Assembly (NCBI GenBank): GCA_965602015.1
Contig: OZ271918.1
Span: 128,001-192,000, forward strand
Direction: 5' to 3'
Source: Salinispira sp.
GTDB lineage: Bacteria > Spirochaetota > Spirochaetia > DSM-27196 > Salinispiraceae
DNA length: 64,000 bases
Both the position numbers and the translations under genes were made by a program. Below are positions 55,565-64,000 of this stretch, piece after piece. The notes below the pieces were generated by a model, which worked only from the letters and a program-made list of their open reading frames with translations, was not told the origin of the DNA and did no database searches. Each line of letters starts with the position of its first letter. Position 1 is the first letter of the stretch.

Positions 55565-56128
55565 CTACTTATTTACCCGTTCAACGTATTCACCGGTATC
55601 GGTGTTCACCAGTATCTTTTCATTTTCTTTAATAAAGATGGGAACCTTCACCGTCAGTCCGGTCTCGCAGGTTACCATTTTTGTTGCGCCGTTCACCGTG
55701 TCTCCTTTAACAGCCTCGGGAGATTCGGTTACGACAAAAACCATCTTTGTCGGTAATTCGATATCAATGGCCTTTTCATTAAAAAAGACCACCCGGTACG
55801 AATCGCCCTCTTTCATGTACAGTCCCTTATCCTCAAGACCTTCGGAAGGTACGTGATACTGGTCATAGGTCTCGGCGTCCATGAAGTGGTAACCTTCTGC
55901 GTCGGAGTAGAGAAACTGACTCTGTTTGTCGTACACATCGGCTTCTTCAACCGAATCATTGGATTTCATGGTTTCCTTGAGACTGGAGCCGTTCACCAGA
56001 TTTTTGAGCTTGAGGCGAACGAACGCGCTGCCCTTACCGGGGTTTACGAACTCCCGCTCGACCACAAGGTAGGGATCGTTCTTTAAAATGAGACACATGC
56101 CTTTTGAAATTTGACCAGCTTTAATCAT
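55565..56128 (-). CDS. efp: Elongation factor P
   Basis: VNPGKGSAFVR (Lys at the modified position), ETG...VPIFI, TGEYVER. Confidence 0.98.
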   Translation of the reverse strand: MIKAGQISKGMCLILKNDPYLVVEREFVNPGKGSAFVRLKLKNLVNGSSLKETMKSNDSVEEADVYDKQSQFLYSDAEGYHFMDAETYDQYHVPSEGLEDKGLYMKEGDSYRVVFFNEKAIDIELPTKMVFVVTESPEAVKGDTVNGATKMVTCETGLTVKVPIFIKENEKILVNTDTGEYVERVNK

Positions 56129-56270
56129 CTATTACCTTCTTACATTTTTAGTGGATTGGTTTCACCATCGCCGGAGCTGCCGGAGACATGGGATAATATC
56201 GGGAAAAGTCTGTTGTGTAAATAGACTATCTGTTTTCCCGATAGTATTTTACATAAACCGGAGGTGGTAC

Positions 56271-57335
56271 ATGAAAACGGATTTTCCTTACAGGCGGGTA
56301 ATGGTCACAGGAGGAAGCGGGTATATCGCGAGCTGGATAGTCTATGAATTGCTCCTTCGGGGTGTAGAGGTCGCCGCGACGGTGCGCAGCACAAAGGATG
56401 CTGACAAGATTGCACATCTTGAGGAAATGCAGGCCCAGTTTCCCCACCAGCTTGAACTGTTTGAGGCTGATCTGGGAAAGGTTGGGTCGTTCGACCGGGC
56501 TGCCGTGGGCTGCTATGCGCTCTTTCATTGCGCCAGTCCGTTTATCATCAACAACATTCAAAACCCCGAGGAACAGCTTCTCAAACCCGCCCGGGAGGGA
56601 ACCTTAAACGTGCTTCAGGCCGCAAGCCGAAGCCAAAGCATTAAAAAGGTGGTGCTTACCTCCAGTGTGGCGGCGGTCCATAGCGATAACCGGGACTGGA
56701 TGGATACGGAAAACGGCGTACTCGACGAAAACTCATGGAACACCGGCTCCGACGCCAACTATCAGCCGTATTCCTATTCCAAAACCATCGCGGAACATGC
56801 TGCCTGGGAATACGCGAAGCAACAGGACCAATGGACCATGGTGGCGGTTAATCCTTCCTTCGTAATCGGTCCGTCCAGGTCAAATCGCATGGACGGCACC
56901 TCCATGAGCACCATTGCGAGCTTCTTTGCCGGCCAGTTCAAAATCGGCATTCCCGACCTTCATTTCGGAATGGTCGATGTGAGGGATGTGGCCCGGGCGC
57001 ACATACTCGCCCTGGAAAACCCCAAGGCAGACGGCCGCTTTATTCTAATGAGCGAACAGCGGAGTTTCTTCGAAGTCGGCGAGATTCTCAACAGGGAATT
57101 CGGCGGTCGGCTCCCGGTTAAGCTCAGCCGGCTTCCCAAGGCCCTGTTTTACCTCATCGGACCCTTCCTCGGATTCAGCTGGCGCTATACCCGCAACAAC
57201 TATGGGATTCCCGTCAAGCTCGACACCGCCCGCTCCCGGGAGATTCTCGGACTCGAGTACCGTTCGGTGCGCGATTCGGTCATCGATCACGCCCGCCAGC
57301 TCATCGAAGACGGCCTGGTGCGCATACCTGAGTAG
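56271..57335 (+). CDS. NAD(P)-dependent aldehyde reductase / DFR-like extended SDR
   Basis: VTGGSGYIAS, HCASP, TSSVAA, YSYSK, VDVRDVA; SD GGAGG. Confidence 0.92.
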   Translation: MKTDFPYRRVMVTGGSGYIASWIVYELLLRGVEVAATVRSTKDADKIAHLEEMQAQFPHQLELFEADLGKVGSFDRAAVGCYALFHCASPFIINNIQNPEEQLLKPAREGTLNVLQAASRSQSIKKVVLTSSVAAVHSDNRDWMDTENGVLDENSWNTGSDANYQPYSYSKTIAEHAAWEYAKQQDQWTMVAVNPSFVIGPSRSNRMDGTSMSTIASFFAGQFKIGIPDLHFGMVDVRDVARAHILALENPKADGRFILMSEQRSFFEVGEILNREFGGRLPVKLSRLPKALFYLIGPFLGFSWRYTRNNYGIPVKLDTARSREILGLEYRSVRDSVIDHARQLIEDGLVRIPE

Positions 57336-57356
57336 GGCCGAGGGTCACGAGCGGGT

Positions 57357-58364
57357 TTATTCCAGGCGGTCCAGGGGGAATAGCATTACCTCCCTCAGAC
57401 TTGAGGCCCCGCAGAGCAGCATTATAAGGCGGTCCAAGCCGAGGGCGGTGCCGCTGCTTTCCGGGAGGCCGGATATTTTCTCATGAAATTGCAGGTCGGC
57501 GATGCTGCGCAGTTCTTCGCTTTGGGCCTTCCCCATGGCCGTCATTTCGTGGGAGAAAAAACGCCGAATGTTCGAGACATCGGTTTCCTCGGTGAAACAA
57601 TTTGCCAGTTCCACTCCCTGCCAGTACAGTTCCCAACGCTGACTCCAGGGGCTGTTCGCCACCTCCTTTGACAGGCTCTGCAGTTTCTTCGGGTAATCAA
57701 GGAGGACCAGTGGCCGATCATGGCTTTCCAACCGGGGTTCAACCAGGTTTAAAAAGATACGGTTAAAAAGGCTTTCCCAGTCATCGCCGTCGGCCACGCT
57801 GATACCCAGCGAGCGGCAGATCCCGCTGGCGCGCTTCACATCCTCCTCATCCGGCGCCGGCGAGTTATCCCCGCAGAAATATGCCAGATCGACGTCGGCA
57901 TACTGTTTGAACGCCTCGGTCATGCTGATTCTGGAGAACTCTCCTTCCGGGGGTCTAACCGGGAGTCTGACGGTTTCCCCTATGTGGGAAAACAACTCTT
58001 CGGTGAGCCGTATGCTGTGCAGATAATCCTTTTCCACCGCATAGTACTCGAGCATGGTGAATTCGCTGGAGTGTATCCTTCCGGTGTTCTCCCCGTTCCG
58101 GAAGCTTTTTGCCATTTGGAATAGGTCGCCCCAGCCGTCGGCGAGCAATTGCTTGATGTAATACTCGGGACTGGGGAGCAGTTGAAGGACCCGGGGGTCT
58201 TCATACGGATGGAGCTGAAGGGTCTTGAACAGCGGAATGCTCGACTCGGGAATGCAGGATTCGGCTAAAATCGGCGTATCAACCTCAAGAAAGCCCCTCA
58301 TGGTAAAAAAGCTGCGGATTTCATGTATAATGCTAGAGCGCATACGGTAGAGTTCTCGGTTCAT
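57357..58364 (-). CDS. epmA: EF-P lysine aminoacylase GenX/EpmA
   Basis: LysRS catalytic-only domain: FLEVDTP, SPEYYIK, FRNGE...HSSEFTMLEYY, GVELANCFTE, GTALGLDRL; ~1.2 kb from efp. Confidence 0.9.
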   Translation of the reverse strand: MNRELYRMRSSIIHEIRSFFTMRGFLEVDTPILAESCIPESSIPLFKTLQLHPYEDPRVLQLLPSPEYYIKQLLADGWGDLFQMAKSFRNGENTGRIHSSEFTMLEYYAVEKDYLHSIRLTEELFSHIGETVRLPVRPPEGEFSRISMTEAFKQYADVDLAYFCGDNSPAPDEEDVKRASGICRSLGISVADGDDWESLFNRIFLNLVEPRLESHDRPLVLLDYPKKLQSLSKEVANSPWSQRWELYWQGVELANCFTEETDVSNIRRFFSHEMTAMGKAQSEELRSIADLQFHEKISGLPESSGTALGLDRLIMLLCGASSLREVMLFPLDRLE

Positions 58365-58412
58365 AGCTAGCACATCTCATACCGAGGGCCAGCTGTCAAG
58401 GAGGATGCTCGG

Positions 58413-59582
58413 GTGACCGGTGATTTTATCAGGAGAAACAGTCAATCGGTAAAGTGGGACCTGGCCGGACCCGACGTCCTGCCCATGTGGGTGGCGGACA
58501 TGGATATTCCCGTTGACCGGGGAATCATCGAGGCCATAAGCTCCCGGCTGGAACATCCGTTCATGGGCTATTCATTACTGCCCGACGAATATTTTGATGC
58601 GTTTATTACCTGGGTAGCCGTCCATCAGGGCTGGGACGTACGACGGGAATGGCTGACCTACAGTCCTTCGGTAATGGCCGGCCTTCGCCTTGCCCTCGAG
58701 CAGTTCAGCGCAGAAGGCGAGGGCGTCATTGTGCCGTCGCCGGTGTATTATCCGTTTTTTTCGGCGGTCAAGGATAAGGGCCGGCGGCTGGACGATTTGC
58801 CCCTCGACTTTGACGGGAAGCGGCAGCTCTGGACCTTTGATTTTGACCGCCTGGCGGAACTGGCGGCGGATCCGAATACTCGGCTCCTGCTGTTGTGCAA
58901 TCCCCACAACCCGATTGGACGAGTATGGAGCGCAGAGGAACTCAAAACCCTGGTGGATATTTGCGCACAAAACCGGGTGTTTATCATATCTGATGAGATC
59001 CATGCGGATATTATCTATCAGCCGAATACTTTTACACCGCTGGTTCCCCTGCTGAGAGAGTCAGGAGCTCAGGAGCTGGGAATCGCAATTCAGGCTCCCA
59101 GCAAGACCTTCAACATTCCCGGACTCTTGTCCAGCCATATCATTTCCCCGGATTCCGGGGTGCGTAAGCTCCTTGAGAAAGCGGTAGCCGCTGCAGGCCT
59201 GGAGTTGCCGAACGTGCTGGCGGTCACCGCATCCCAGCAGGCATACAGCGCATCCCGCCCCTGGCTTGATGCCACCCTCCGCGTGCTGGAGGGGAATCGG
59301 AACCGTCTCGAGGATTTTCTCAAAGGAGTCCTTCCGGATTCATCCTGGCAGATGACCCCCGAGGGAACCTATCTTTATTGGATTGATCTACGATCGGTGA
59401 TACACCGCAAGGGCATGGATGGGAAAACGGCGTACGCAAGCCTGAAGCGTGAAGCGGGGCTGTGGCTGAGTCCCGGTTACCTGTTTTCCCCCACAGCGGA
59501 TGGCTTTTTCCGGTTGAATTTCGCCTGCCCCGGGGAGCTTCTGGAGGAGGGGATTTCGCGTTTGGCTGGGTGGATTACATGA
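58413..59582 (+). CDS. MalY/PatB family PLP enzyme (cystathionine beta-lyase-like)
   Basis: LPMWVADMD, LCNPHNPIGRVW, SDEIHAD, APSKTFN, RLNFACP. Confidence 0.93.
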   Translation: MTGDFIRRNSQSVKWDLAGPDVLPMWVADMDIPVDRGIIEAISSRLEHPFMGYSLLPDEYFDAFITWVAVHQGWDVRREWLTYSPSVMAGLRLALEQFSAEGEGVIVPSPVYYPFFSAVKDKGRRLDDLPLDFDGKRQLWTFDFDRLAELAADPNTRLLLLCNPHNPIGRVWSAEELKTLVDICAQNRVFIISDEIHADIIYQPNTFTPLVPLLRESGAQELGIAIQAPSKTFNIPGLLSSHIISPDSGVRKLLEKAVAAAGLELPNVLAVTASQQAYSASRPWLDATLRVLEGNRNRLEDFLKGVLPDSSWQMTPEGTYLYWIDLRSVIHRKGMDGKTAYASLKREAGLWLSPGYLFSPTADGFFRLNFACPGELLEEGISRLAGWIT

Positions 59583-60409
59583 AGGCTGTGAATCGGGAAA
59601 AGCGCGCATGGGGGAGCGGGACAGCGCTTTGGAGCCTGTCGGTGTTTTCCATCCTCCTCATGGTATCGCTGTCCTGCAGCGGAGGTGAAAATCCTATAAC
59701 CGCCGCGCCGGATTCCCAACCCGCCGCTATTCCCGCTGTCAATACTTCTATGCCTCCTCTGGCGGGCAAGCTGGTCATCGGTTACGGGCAGGAGGCATTT
59801 ACCTCCCTGTTCATCCGGAATCTGCTTATCGAGGTATACGCCGAAGCTAACCGCCGCATCGAGTTTCGCCTGATTCCCGGTGCCGCAAGCCTTGAACTCG
59901 CATCCCTCGGGGAAATTGACGGGGATATTGCCAGAGCCCCAGCCGTTATCAGCCAGTATGGGAACCTGCGCTTTCCGCCCTATCCCCTTCACACCCTGGA
60001 TCAAGTAATCATAACCCGGGCTGACCATCCCGCGGTGTCCAACATTCGCGAACTAAAGGGAAAAATTATCGGCATGGTAAGCAATGCCCATGCTCTCAAG
60101 CCGATACTGAAGGATTACAACCCGGCGGTTTTCGAAAGCAACGCAGAAGCCATCATCGCGCTGCAGGGCGGCTCAATTGACGCCGCGGTTCTTGAGAGGT
60201 TCAATTCAATGTATGAGATTCGGCGGCTGGGATACAGCTCTTTGAACATTCATGAGTCCCCGGTTATCAGCAGTGAGCTGTATCATGTGCTAAACAGGCG
60301 GCATGAGAAACTTCTGCCGCTTTTGGAACGGGCGATAGCCCGCCTTCGCCGGGAAGGCGGGATCGACCGGATTTTTGAAATAACCAGCGCTCAGCTCCTG
60401 GGCGACTGA
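59579..60409 (+). CDS. Extracellular solute-binding protein, probable lipoprotein
   Basis: Hydrophobic signal ending LSC; SBP_bac_3-like pattern; ATGA overlap with patB. Confidence 0.75.
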   Translation: MKAVNREKRAWGSGTALWSLSVFSILLMVSLSCSGGENPITAAPDSQPAAIPAVNTSMPPLAGKLVIGYGQEAFTSLFIRNLLIEVYAEANRRIEFRLIPGAASLELASLGEIDGDIARAPAVISQYGNLRFPPYPLHTLDQVIITRADHPAVSNIRELKGKIIGMVSNAHALKPILKDYNPAVFESNAEAIIALQGGSIDAAVLERFNSMYEIRRLGYSSLNIHESPVISSELYHVLNRRHEKLLPLLERAIARLRREGGIDRIFEITSAQLLGD

Positions 60410-60440
60410 TTACTCATCTGTTTCCGCTGCAGTTCAGCTA

Positions 60441-61421
60441 TTACCTCTCCGAGAGATAGCGTTCGGCCTCAAGGGCAGCCATGCATCCCGAGCCTGCGGC
60501 GGTTACCGCCTGGCGGTAAACCTTGTCTTTCACATCGCCGCATGCGAAGACTCCGGGGAGGGTGGTGGCTGTGGAATCCGGACGGGTAATCAGGTATCCC
60601 GTCTCGTCGACTTCCAGCTGTCCGTCCAGAAATGCTGTGTTCGGGGTATGACCGATGGCGTAAAACAGGCCCGAAGCATCGATGACGGATTCCTCACCGG
60701 TTTTGTTGTTCTTCACCCTCACACCCGCAAGAAAAGCCTGTCCGAAGGCGTTTTTTTCGCCCGCCAGGGCTTCGAGGGCGTTGGTGTTCCAGTGGATTTC
60801 AATTTTGTCGTTGTCAAAGACCCGCTTTTGCATGGCTTTGCTGGCCCGCAGCTCGTCCCGTCTGACAAGCATGTGCACCGTGCTTCCGAATTTCGCCAGG
60901 TAACTGGCTTCTTCGCAGGCCGAATCTCCGCCTCCGATGACCACCAGAGGTTTGTCCCTGAACAGGGGCAGGGCTCCGTCGCAGACCGCACAGGCGGAAA
61001 TACCCTTCTGCCACAGGCTCTCTTCTCCGTCAATATGCAGCCTCTTTGCGGTGGCGCCGGTGGCGATAATAATCGATACGCTCAAGTACTCCTTTGCGCT
61101 GTCACCGCTGCCCACTACGACCCGCTTGGGATCGGATTTCAAGTCCATAGATTCGACGGTTTCGGTAATGATCCGGGTACCGTGCTCGATGCTCTGGGCC
61201 CGCATATTATCCATAAGCTCGGGACCCATTATGCCCGTGGGAAAGCCGGGATAATTCTCCACGTCGGTAGTGGTGGTAAGCTGGCCCCCGGCGGCAACCC
61301 CGCCGGCCATAAAACCCTCGAACATAAGCGGATTGAGGTTCGCCCGGGCGGCGTAAATCGCCGCGGTATGCCCGGCGGGTCCGCTGCCGACGATGATGAC
61401 TTTTTCGACTGTATCACTCAT
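60441..61421 (-). CDS. trxB: Thioredoxin reductase
   Basis: [36 protein letters not shown]. Confidence 0.98.
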   Translation of the reverse strand: MSDTVEKVIIVGSGPAGHTAAIYAARANLNPLMFEGFMAGGVAAGGQLTTTTDVENYPGFPTGIMGPELMDNMRAQSIEHGTRIITETVESMDLKSDPKRVVVGSGDSAKEYLSVSIIIATGATAKRLHIDGEESLWQKGISACAVCDGALPLFRDKPLVVIGGGDSACEEASYLAKFGSTVHMLVRRDELRASKAMQKRVFDNDKIEIHWNTNALEALAGEKNAFGQAFLAGVRVKNNKTGEESVIDASGLFYAIGHTPNTAFLDGQLEVDETGYLITRPDSTATTLPGVFACGDVKDKVYRQAVTAAGSGCMAALEAERYLSER

Positions 61422-61584
61422 GAGTGCTCCTGAAATATGTTTCACCTGGTATCTTATATGTATATATAATGAAATCTATATATAGAGTCAAGCTTTTGCC
61501 CGCCGGGCCGGTCTTCCTCCGGTGGCCGCCGGCTGGGGGAATGGATGGCGGCCTGGCCTGAAGCAGCAGAGCCGGTCTCTTTCT

Positions 61585-62208
61585 TCAGTCAAGATGTACT
61601 GCCGATTGGTGATCGATGACGAACTGTATGAGTTCATCCAGCTCGCTGTCAATCCTGGATGATGCGTCCATAATGTCGTCGCGGTTCACCTGGGCGGCAA
61701 AGCTTTTCTCCTTGAGTTTCTTTTTTACCGATTTCACCTTCATGCCCTCATACCCGTCGGGGCGAACCAAACTCACCGCGTGGATAAATCCGCTCAATTC
61801 GTCGAAGGCGTACAGCATGTGGTCCAGAGGACTCACCGGTTCAACACCAAAAAAGGCCGGAGAGTGGGATGCGATGGCGTGAAGCACTTCCGGATCCGTG
61901 CCGTCCTCCAGATGCTCAATGATTTTCCGGCAATGCTCATCGGGCCAACGGTCCCAGTCGGCGTCGTGGAGAATTCCGGCGACCTCCCATTTCTCCTGTT
62001 CCCGCTCATCGAGCCCCAAACGATCCCGCGCCCAGGCCCGCAGAAGGGCGCCGACCTGCGCCATGTGAAGCCGCAGACGGGGGTTATCAACCCAATCATG
62101 TATCAGTTTGATGGCCTCGTCCCGGCTCGGGAACTGCCCGGTGTTCGCCGCCGATCCAAATTCCTGCCTGCCAAGATTGTGACTGCTCGTTTGTGTTTCT
62201 TCATTCAT
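61585..62208 (-). CDS. HD superfamily hydrolase
   Basis: H...GILHDADWD, H, AIASH, DELSGFI, SVKKKLKEKSFAA. Confidence 0.85.
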   Translation of the reverse strand: MNEETQTSSHNLGRQEFGSAANTGQFPSRDEAIKLIHDWVDNPRLRLHMAQVGALLRAWARDRLGLDEREQEKWEVAGILHDADWDRWPDEHCRKIIEHLEDGTDPEVLHAIASHSPAFFGVEPVSPLDHMLYAFDELSGFIHAVSLVRPDGYEGMKVKSVKKKLKEKSFAAQVNRDDIMDASSRIDSELDELIQFVIDHQSAVHLD

Positions 62209-62319
62209 TGAAACAGCATACGAAAAATGGCAGAAAAAATCACTGTCTTCTAAATGGACAAGCGCAGGAGGCCGGGCTATGCTGAATGCCTCGGATACTT
62301 TTACCCAGGGGGGAATCAC

Positions 62320-63486
62320 ATGAAAAACTTCACATTTCACAATCCGGTTGAAATACGCTTTGGCCGGGGAACCATCGCTTCACTGGATGAGGCTCTATCG
62401 GCTCACATCGGATCTGAGGTTAAAATTTTGCTCCTGTACGGTGGGGGTTCAATTAAAAAAAACGGCGTATACGAACAGGTAGTACAGGCCCTGGGGGACA
62501 GGCCGCTGGTCGAGTTCAGCGGTATTGAAGTAAACCCCGAGTACGAAACCTGCGTTCGCGCCGTGGAAACCCTTAAGCGCGAAGGTTGCGGCTTTATTCT
62601 TTCGGTCGGCGGCGGTTCGGTGCTGGACGCGGCGAAGTTTATCGCCGCAGCGGCAGCGATGGAAGTAGAGGATCCCTGGGATATTCCCTGCGGCCGGGTG
62701 AAGGTCGAAAGAGCTCTTCCCCTGGCAGCGGTAATGACCCTCCCTGCCACCGGCTCCGAAATGAACAGCAACTCGGTCATATCCCGCCGCGAACTCGGCG
62801 ATAAACGGGGATGGGCCAGCGACCAAGTGTATCCGAAATTCTCCATCCTCGACCCGGAGACTACTTTCAGCCTGCCTTCCCGCCAAAGCGCGAACGGGGT
62901 GGTCGACAGTTTTGTCCATGTCATGGAGCAGTACCTCACCTATCCGGTAAACAGCCCGCTGCAGGACCGGTTTGCCGAAGGAATACTCAAAACCCTCATC
63001 GAGGAAGGTCCCAAGGTGATGGAAAACCCGAAGGATTACGACGCCCGTGCCAATATTTTCTGGGCGTCCACCATGGCCCTCAACCGCATCATCGGACTCG
63101 GTGTGGTTCAGGATTGGGCGACCCATGGAATCGGGCACGAACTCACCGCACTCTACGGCATTGATCACGGGAGGACCCTCGCACTGGTTCTTCCGGGAGT
63201 AATGGAGCTGCGCCGGGAGGCGAAGAAAGAAAAGCTCGTTCAGTACGCCGAGCGGGTCTGGAATATCAGCATCGGGGATGATCAGGTGAAAATCGATGAG
63301 GCCATTGCCCGGACCGTGCTGTTTTTCGAGGGCCTCGGAGTCCCCACTACCCTGAAGGGCTATGAGCTGGATGCCGGCGCCGCGGATGCGGTTGCTCAAA
63401 ATATCGAGAAAAAAGGCTGGATGCTCGGTGAGCATCAGGATATCGGACCCGCGGAGGTTCGGGAAATTCTGAAACTCAGGAGCTAG
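62320..63486 (+). CDS. Iron-containing NADPH-dependent alcohol dehydrogenase (YqhD/BdhA-like)
   Basis: YGGGSIKKNG, VGGGSVLD, PATGSEMN, DWATHGIGHELTA, DHG. Confidence 0.95.
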   Translation: MKNFTFHNPVEIRFGRGTIASLDEALSAHIGSEVKILLLYGGGSIKKNGVYEQVVQALGDRPLVEFSGIEVNPEYETCVRAVETLKREGCGFILSVGGGSVLDAAKFIAAAAAMEVEDPWDIPCGRVKVERALPLAAVMTLPATGSEMNSNSVISRRELGDKRGWASDQVYPKFSILDPETTFSLPSRQSANGVVDSFVHVMEQYLTYPVNSPLQDRFAEGILKTLIEEGPKVMENPKDYDARANIFWASTMALNRIIGLGVVQDWATHGIGHELTALYGIDHGRTLALVLPGVMELRREAKKEKLVQYAERVWNISIGDDQVKIDEAIARTVLFFEGLGVPTTLKGYELDAGAADAVAQNIEKKGWMLGEHQDIGPAEVREILKLRS

Positions 63487-63490
63487 GACG

Positions 63491-64000
63491 ATGAAAGCAC
63501 GGGATTCGGGTTTTATCTGGACCGAAATCGAAGAGCCCGGTGATTTTGCGGTGTTTCGGGACATTACCCCCCTCAGGGGATATCCTGCGACCCTTCCAGA
63601 GAGCTTCCTCACCGGCTACCAGGGAAGGGGCTTCGTGACCCAGAAAACAAACGCCCTCCCCGGGGCCGACTCGCCGCTGGGGGCCATCCTGATACTCGAC
63701 TTTTTGTTTGTCACTTCTCTCATTGATGATGAAGAAACCCTCGGGCGGGCGACTGCTGATCTTGTGAGACGGCTCCTGTCCGACGAAGGAATAAATGCCG
63801 TCCATCTCCTTCCTCCCCTGTGCGCCGGAAAGCCTATTAATCCGGGAAGCAGTCCGTTTTATAAGAATATGGGAACCGGTGATTTTACCTGGAGAAATTA
63901 TGTCCGCATGGAGTTCATCGGCAACGCCGGGGATCATCGAAGTGAGAATCTGGCCGAACTGGGCTTTCCGGGTCAGCCAGTGGATTTCCTGCTTCGGGAC
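63491..64000 (+). CDS. Hypothetical protein, truncated by the window end
   Basis: ATG 4 nt after the ADH stop; 170 codons (MKARDSGFIWTEIEE...DFLLRD) open to the window end; absent from the ORF track because it has no stop. Confidence 0.65.
   Translation, partial: MKARDSGFIWTEIEEPGDFAVFRDITPLRGYPATLPESFLTGYQGRGFVTQKTNALPGADSPLGAILILDFLFVTSLIDDEETLGRATADLVRRLLSDEGINAVHLLPPLCAGKPINPGSSPFYKNMGTGDFTWRNYVRMEFIGNAGDHRSENLAELGFPGQPVDFLLRD

Noticed and set aside
61496..61511. TTGCCCGCCGGGCCGG identical to 47637-47652
   Set aside because: Two copies of a low-complexity GC 16-mer; no further shared context
63476..63937. 153-aa minus ORF at the window end
   Set aside because: The plus-strand frame from 63491 follows the ADH gene directly and is open to the window end, which is the better explanation

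Overview
Chromosomal window from a Spirochaetales bacterium. The taxon is judged from the 16S 3' end (GTAGCCGTACTGGAAAGTGCGGCTGGATCACCT) and gene content, not from a database search. It opens with most of an rRNA operon (partial 16S, tRNA-Ala, 23S, 5S) followed by an unusual repeated hairpin trailer. A LacI-controlled alpha-glucoside cluster follows (ABC transporter, glucosylglycerol hydrolase GghA, amylosucrase, TreS-like GH13), then a signalling block (EAL protein, adenylate cyclase, MCP). The rest is mostly housekeeping and metabolic genes: KamA/EpmB, RluA, SNF2, amidase, PFOR, a pyrF-pyrE fusion, MscS, a PPDK_N protein, gdhA, a two-component pair, Rrf2, efp, epmA, PatB, trxB and an ADH. 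Highlights not in the ORF track: (1) an unannotated ~143-nt minus-strand sRNA candidate (26606-26748) with a consensus sigma54 promoter, an intrinsic terminator and C-rich anti-Shine-Dalgarno loops; (2) an IS1-like element without a target duplication, plus a 147-bp MITE sharing its terminal repeats; (3) repeated leaderless-mRNA promoter architecture; (4) a possible scavenging island for cyanobacterial osmolytes.
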